A stretch of DNA of 64,000 nt, from the IMG/VR virus record IMGVR_UViG_3300028048_000075, positions 65,606-129,605 of that record. One strand, given 5' to 3'. How positions within the stretch are numbered: position 1 is the first letter of the stretch; each line of letters opens with the position of its first letter. This DNA is from a virus (taxonomy: Duplodnaviria > Caudoviricetes). Below, in pieces: positions 59,282 through 64,000 of this stretch. Made by a program: the position numbers and the translations under genes. The notes under the pieces are model-generated. The model was not told the DNA's origin. It saw only the letters and a list, made by a program, of their open reading frames with translations, and did no database searches.

Positions 59282-61359
59282 TGGATACATCAGAATTTGA
59301 TGAATGTGTAAGTAAATCTAAGTTTATGGACGCGGATTTTACTGATATGCGTGTTTCAGAAGTAGGATATGGTAGAGACGAATACCAGACTTCAAAGCCA
59401 AACATTTTGCGTAATGATGCTATTATTGCTGAAATAATGAAAGTGTCCGCTGCTGCTGAAACTGCTATTGGCCACACTATTGGCCCTTATGCAGATGCTA
59501 CTCTTGTACAGACATTTGCTGATCGTGAAGTTCCTATTTATAACACTAGGGATGGTTTCACTATTCTTCAGAATATGAAGTATACTCAACCAATTCCTAA
59601 TGGTATTTTTAAGATGATTCGTGAAGCATCTGAATATATGCAGACTGAAGTTGGTGACTCAACTTCTTCTGGTATTCCTATTCAGAACGCATTGCTTAAA
59701 GCATATGTTGAAATCTTTAATGATCAAACTGCCGGAAAATGGAAGTATTCCCCAGTTGGTATCAAAAACATTACAGAAATCTGTGTTGAAGAGATTATTA
59801 AAGGTATCAACAATAATCCAGTTTACCATAAGGAATTCCCTAAACCAGATGAAAATGGTAAATATACAAAAGAACAGGAAGACGAAATCATTAAGTGGTT
59901 GAGCAAAGTTGCTACAATTTCTGCAAACAACGACTACAGAATTGGTGCAACTATGGCTGAACTCTATCGTGATAAACTCGATGGTAGAGGTCATGTTCTT
60001 ACAACCGTTTCTAAGACAGAAGAAGAATACTGGGAAAATACTGATGCATTCAGAGTTCCTGTAGGTCCTATTGATGAAAACCGTATGAATAATTCTTCAG
60101 ATGGATTCACATGGGAAGCAGATAATCCTGCAGTTGTAATGTTCGATGGTTCTCTTCTTGAAACAGATCTTCCTGCTCTTAAACAGATCATTGAAACAAT
60201 TTCGTTCGACGATCCTGAGAATCTTTATAGACCAATTATGCTTGTTGCAAGCAATTTCGATTGGCATATTGCTCAGTATCTTCGTGAATGTATCGATGGT
60301 ACATATTACAACGAACTTGGTCAGTGTATTAAGGATGAAGGAGCAAATCCTGCAGCAAAGACTAAAGCTCTGACTATTTGTGGTATCATTCTTAAGAATA
60401 AGGAAATTGCTGAACAGTTCAGGTTTAATGATCTTAAACTTATGACAGGTTCAAGAGCATTTAGTACAGAACTCACAAAGATGTCTGAACTATCTCCTGA
60501 AAAAGAACTCAGATTGCAGCAGGTAAACAATCTGATTGGTACTTGTAAACATATTTCTTCTGGTAGAGCAGAAACAAACTTTGTTGGCTGTGAACCAAAT
60601 AAAGAAGAATTCGATGCTCTTATTGCAGATCTTAAATCTCAGGCAGAAAAACTTAAGAGAGTTAAGTTCCATATGACAGATTATAGTGCTGATGATCTTT
60701 ATGGTCGTATCGATAATCTTCAGGCAAGAACTACTTTCTTCTACTGTGGTGGTAGATCAGCAAAGGCAAAATATTCCAGAAAACTTATTATCGAAGATGC
60801 TTCAGCTGCTGTAGAAGCTGCTATTAAGAGTGGTGGTGTTTCTATCGGTGGTAACATGGCTATTTGTCATTACATTGAGCATAATTTCGACACAATCGTA
60901 GAAAATGTGCTCAATACCATTGGCAATGTCCGCATCAACATTACAGCTGCAGAAAACTTTAACACATTGAAAGACATTATCGAGCTTATTCTCGAATCCA
61001 TTAAGTATTCATTTGGTAATGCTTACAGATATGCTCTTTACAATATGTATCGTGATCCTGAACAGTGTATGAAAACTTGGACAAGGTGTCTCAAATCCGA
61101 AGTTCCAACGATTTATAACATTATGACAAATGCTGATGAAACTTTCGATTCTACAGATTCTCAGAAGTGTACAACAATAATCGTACCTAAAAATACTGAT
61201 ATTTGTCTATTGCACATTGTAACTGAGACTGTATCTGAATTGATCAACATTGGCAACATGATTACTGTTATGTCTCCTGGAATTGACCTTGAAACGTTGC
61301 AATTGAAGCAGCTCGCTTCTGGTGCAGCATATATGGCAAGTTCAAGCATGTACAGATAA
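59272..61359 (+). CDS. groEL: GroEL-like phage chaperonin
   Basis: TIGPY, TRDGFTIL, EVGDSTSS, VATISAN, IEDASAAVEAAIKSGGVSIGG. Confidence 0.88.
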   Translation: MEMMDTSEFDECVSKSKFMDADFTDMRVSEVGYGRDEYQTSKPNILRNDAIIAEIMKVSAAAETAIGHTIGPYADATLVQTFADREVPIYNTRDGFTILQNMKYTQPIPNGIFKMIREASEYMQTEVGDSTSSGIPIQNALLKAYVEIFNDQTAGKWKYSPVGIKNITEICVEEIIKGINNNPVYHKEFPKPDENGKYTKEQEDEIIKWLSKVATISANNDYRIGATMAELYRDKLDGRGHVLTTVSKTEEEYWENTDAFRVPVGPIDENRMNNSSDGFTWEADNPAVVMFDGSLLETDLPALKQIIETISFDDPENLYRPIMLVASNFDWHIAQYLRECIDGTYYNELGQCIKDEGANPAAKTKALTICGIILKNKEIAEQFRFNDLKLMTGSRAFSTELTKMSELSPEKELRLQQVNNLIGTCKHISSGRAETNFVGCEPNKEEFDALIADLKSQAEKLKRVKFHMTDYSADDLYGRIDNLQARTTFFYCGGRSAKAKYSRKLIIEDASAAVEAAIKSGGVSIGGNMAICHYIEHNFDTIVENVLNTIGNVRINITAAENFNTLKDIIELILESIKYSFGNAYRYALYNMYRDPEQCMKTWTRCLKSEVPTIYNIMTNADETFDSTDSQKCTTIIVPKNTDICLLHIVTETVSELINIGNMITVMSPGIDLETLQLKQLASGAAYMASSSMYR

Positions 61360-61360
61360 T

Positions 61361-61392
61361 CTGTTCAACCCAAAGTTAAAATTACATATTAT
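61361..61392 (+). promoter_or_regulatory. early-type promoter CTGTT-N16-TTACATATTAT
   Basis: Same architecture as the poly-C promoters but with a mixed-sequence spacer. Confidence 0.65.
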
Positions 61393-61445
61393 AATTTTGA
61401 GAGAGCATAAATTCTATATCACGCTCTCTCAAAAGGAGTATGATA

Positions 61446-61751
61446 ATGAAAGGGAAGAACCCATTTCTCATGCAGAGAAACTGGGTAGGAGCACGACCCG
61501 CAAATGAAGGGTCTAGACCGTCACCATCTAGGTCTAGAAGGGATAGTGCTCCTGCCCCTAGAATGGAAAGAAGCAGACCTATAAGAAGATCTGTTTCTTC
61601 ATATTGTAGTTCTTCTGGTTGTGAAACGAGATCGTCAAGGCGATCTCAACCAGAGGGAAGGGACCCTAATAGTATCAAACCTGAAGAGGTTATCTGCCAT
61701 GGAATGCAGGTAACCAATGTAGATAACTACATTGCTAACCTCTTTAGATGA
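61446..61751 (+). CDS. small basic Arg/Ser-rich protein
   Basis: AAGGAG RBS; RS-rich low-complexity core. Confidence 0.7.
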   Translation: MKGKNPFLMQRNWVGARPANEGSRPSPSRSRRDSAPAPRMERSRPIRRSVSSYCSSSGCETRSSRRSQPEGRDPNSIKPEEVICHGMQVTNVDNYIANLFR

Positions 61752-61755
61752 GTTG

Positions 61756-61798
61756 GATCCAGGGGAGAGTAATCTCTCCTCTGGATGTATTTTTTTTT
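61756..61798 (+). terminator. rho-independent terminator
   Basis: ATCCAGGGGAGAG/CTCTCCTCTGGAT plus T-run. Confidence 0.8.
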
Positions 61799-61815
61799 CA
61801 GAAGGGTAATAGATT

Positions 61816-62625
61816 ATGGCAAAATCTAAGGACGTGACTGATACTAAGAATGAAACAATTCGTAAAAACGTTGCTAATAAAAAAGAAAACGAATTGAAGA
61901 TCTATAAAAATATACTTGAGAAGTCTTATACTCTTAAAAATAAATTTGAGAAATTTTACATAACAACTATCAAAAATGTCGAAATATCGGATTCAATGAC
62001 AGATTATAACGTAGTTGAAATGATAAAGAGTCTCATATTTGGTGTGGATGATACAAATGTTGCTAAGGTTGATATTGGTAAAAATAGAAATCTAATTAAA
62101 CAGATGCTATTAAATTTACCAAGTCTTTACAAAGTAGCATGTTTATATAAAGAACTTCTTATACAGTTTGAAGAATATCTGAACTACATTGATTCAGAAA
62201 TTGAATCTATACCTATTAAAGAAGTACAACTTCTTAATGAATATACATTCGAGAAGTTTAAGGATCTTGTATATTCTTTCTCTTGGGAAGCTACTTATAT
62301 GAGATCTCATGCATCGACATTTAAGACACTCATTTATAATTCCGGAAGTATTAATTTTGAAAAACCTCATAATATTAATGGACAAGATGAGGTTGTTGGA
62401 GCAAAGAAAGATACTTTAAAACGTTATTATTTTGGCGATTGCTATGATATTAAAAACGGTTTTAAGTATTTTGATAATTCCAAGATGATATTCGGTGAAA
62501 CTAATGCTATCATGAGAGTTTTTAATAGAATTTCCGATTATTTATTCAAAGATTTTATTACTGTGTATAATACAATAGTGCTTAATATTGAAGAGATTTT
62601 GAAGCATTCTGGATCTACAAAATAA
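61816..62625 (+). CDS. hypothetical protein
   Basis: 269-aa ORF. Confidence 0.75.
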   Translation: MAKSKDVTDTKNETIRKNVANKKENELKIYKNILEKSYTLKNKFEKFYITTIKNVEISDSMTDYNVVEMIKSLIFGVDDTNVAKVDIGKNRNLIKQMLLNLPSLYKVACLYKELLIQFEEYLNYIDSEIESIPIKEVQLLNEYTFEKFKDLVYSFSWEATYMRSHASTFKTLIYNSGSINFEKPHNINGQDEVVGAKKDTLKRYYFGDCYDIKNGFKYFDNSKMIFGETNAIMRVFNRISDYLFKDFITVYNTIVLNIEEILKHSGSTK

Positions 62626-62652
62626 TATAAACTCTTTTGGAGGGCATGAATA

Positions 62653-63828
62653 ATGCGTATTGTTACTAGTAGAGAAGATTATCTTGAAAAATATTTTGCT
62701 ATGCATCAGCAGCGAATTGTAAGATGCTACGAAAAAGAGTGGTCTAGATATGTTGAATTGTGTAAAAGGTTTATGCGAGAAAGCCCTATACAAAAAGTTA
62801 AATTTTTACTTTTGGACCATATAGAGTCTATACCTTCCAATCTTACAGACAAATTGACTATGGATGGTCGTATAGAATTCTCTTCTTTTTTGTTCAAATC
62901 TCTAATCATGTGTGTCATGGATACAGAAAATGCTAAACCTGGTGTAAAGATCTCACATCATTTGCCACTATCGTTTAGAATATTCTTGGATCCTAATAGG
63001 GTTAAAGAATTTAAACTCGTTGATCCTAGAGAGGCTAATGCTCAATTTAATAAAATAGTAAATATTAGTGAGAAAGCTATAAAGAATTATTTAAAACCAT
63101 TCGATTTTAGCTGTAGTGTTACTGATACTGCTATTACTTGTAGTCCTAGTGAAAGATACAGCTATTTCACTATCAATATCATTATGAATCGTTATATTAA
63201 TAAATCCGAATTACTTATAGCTGGCAGACGTAGTATAGAAACCCTTATGCTAGCATATAAACTCAATAATGTAAACGATTTCAGTCGTGAAGATGGTGAA
63301 AAAGTTCTTACACCTGGAGCATATTTTGTACAGAAGCACACAGAAACTCCTTTGTTAGAGTTTGTGAAAACTGAGCATATAGGTGTCATTGACGATTGGC
63401 TTAGAAAAGTCCGTGAAGAAGCAGATATATTTAAAGCTAAATGTGAAGAGATTCTTAGACCATATCTTACTCCTAATGATGAAGTATGTGTTGATTTAGC
63501 TTTAAATGTAAATCCTAAAGATACTTATAAGCTTTATGTCACTATTTGTACAAGAGTTCCATCAAGCGTATATACAGATAATCCTGATGAAGATGGAATA
63601 AATGTTATTCGTTTTGATAGGAAACCTGAAGAACTTCAAAAAGCTATGTACGAAATAATGAATTCGCTGCGTAATACAACATTGGAACATTCTGGAATTC
63701 AGATTATGGACCCAGATTTCCCTGAAATGAAATGCGTTACAGAAAATGATCAAACTGCGTGTACTGTATCATTCGATATTCGTTATCCAGATTATATACA
63801 AGCAGTTCTTGATGCTGATGAAGTATAA
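62653..63828 (+). CDS. hypothetical protein
   Basis: GGAGG RBS; 391-aa ORF. Confidence 0.8.
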   Translation: MRIVTSREDYLEKYFAMHQQRIVRCYEKEWSRYVELCKRFMRESPIQKVKFLLLDHIESIPSNLTDKLTMDGRIEFSSFLFKSLIMCVMDTENAKPGVKISHHLPLSFRIFLDPNRVKEFKLVDPREANAQFNKIVNISEKAIKNYLKPFDFSCSVTDTAITCSPSERYSYFTINIIMNRYINKSELLIAGRRSIETLMLAYKLNNVNDFSREDGEKVLTPGAYFVQKHTETPLLEFVKTEHIGVIDDWLRKVREEADIFKAKCEEILRPYLTPNDEVCVDLALNVNPKDTYKLYVTICTRVPSSVYTDNPDEDGINVIRFDRKPEELQKAMYEIMNSLRNTTLEHSGIQIMDPDFPEMKCVTENDQTACTVSFDIRYPDYIQAVLDADEV

Positions 63829-63834
63829 AATTAT

Positions 63835-63862
63835 AAAAGAGGGTCTATATGACCCTCTTTTT
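63835..63862 (+). terminator. rho-independent terminator
   Basis: AAGAGGGTC-tatat-GACCCTCTT plus T's. Confidence 0.85.
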
Positions 63863-63866
63863 ATTT

Positions 63867-63905
63867 CTGTTCAACCCCCCCCCCCCGATTATATATTATA
63901 ATATT
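63867..63905 (+). promoter_or_regulatory. early-type promoter with poly-C (C12) spacer
   Basis: CTGTT-caa-C12-ga-TTATATATTATAATA. Confidence 0.7.
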
Positions 63906-64000
63906 GAGGAAGTGGAAATGAGTGTTGGAAGATCAGGTCTGGAGTTGCTCGTATGAGCGATGACCACCGTACGGTTGACCATATACAATAAGTTCCACAA
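63905..64000 (+). ncRNA. candidate structured RNA or long structured leader (truncated by window edge)
   Basis: GC-rich; no ORF with RBS beyond 12 codons; GTGGAA/TTCCAC, GGTC/GACC and TTGCTC-gtat-GAGCGA pairings. Confidence 0.4.

Noticed and set aside
1-64000. Stop-codon reassignment
   Set aside because: Standard code gives near-complete coding density, and TAA, TAG and TGA all end genes next to terminators or RBSs
63905-64000. tRNA or hammerhead ribozyme
   Set aside because: No T-loop GTTCRA, no cloverleaf and no CUGAUGA/GAAA core in the visible part

Overview
A 64-kb, AT-rich, almost entirely plus-strand segment of a jumbo phage related to the phiKZ / AR9-PBS1 groups. Recognisable genes: a 5'-truncated RecA/UvsX-like ATPase, three split multisubunit RNA polymerase subunits (one beta C-terminal half, two beta' halves, one with the catalytic DFDGD), gyrase/topo IV subunit A, a tubulin/FtsZ-family GTPase, a MYG1-family nuclease, a probable portal, a split family-B DNA polymerase, a T5orf172/GIY-YIG protein, a GroEL-like chaperonin and many virion and hypothetical proteins. 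Two phage promoter classes can be read from the intergenic DNA: TTAYATATT (early-type) and NACA-N6-TATA (late-type). The most unusual signals are: a covarying RNA element with a fixed GAAA/GAGUA internal loop inside three terminator-like hairpins; poly-C tracts in the spacer of three early promoters; a -1 frameshift cassette; two fully nested membrane-protein genes sharing one RBS; and tandem HTH-repeat proteins. No tRNA, rRNA, CRISPR array, intein or chimallin could be recognised. All calls come from motifs read by eye, with no database searches.
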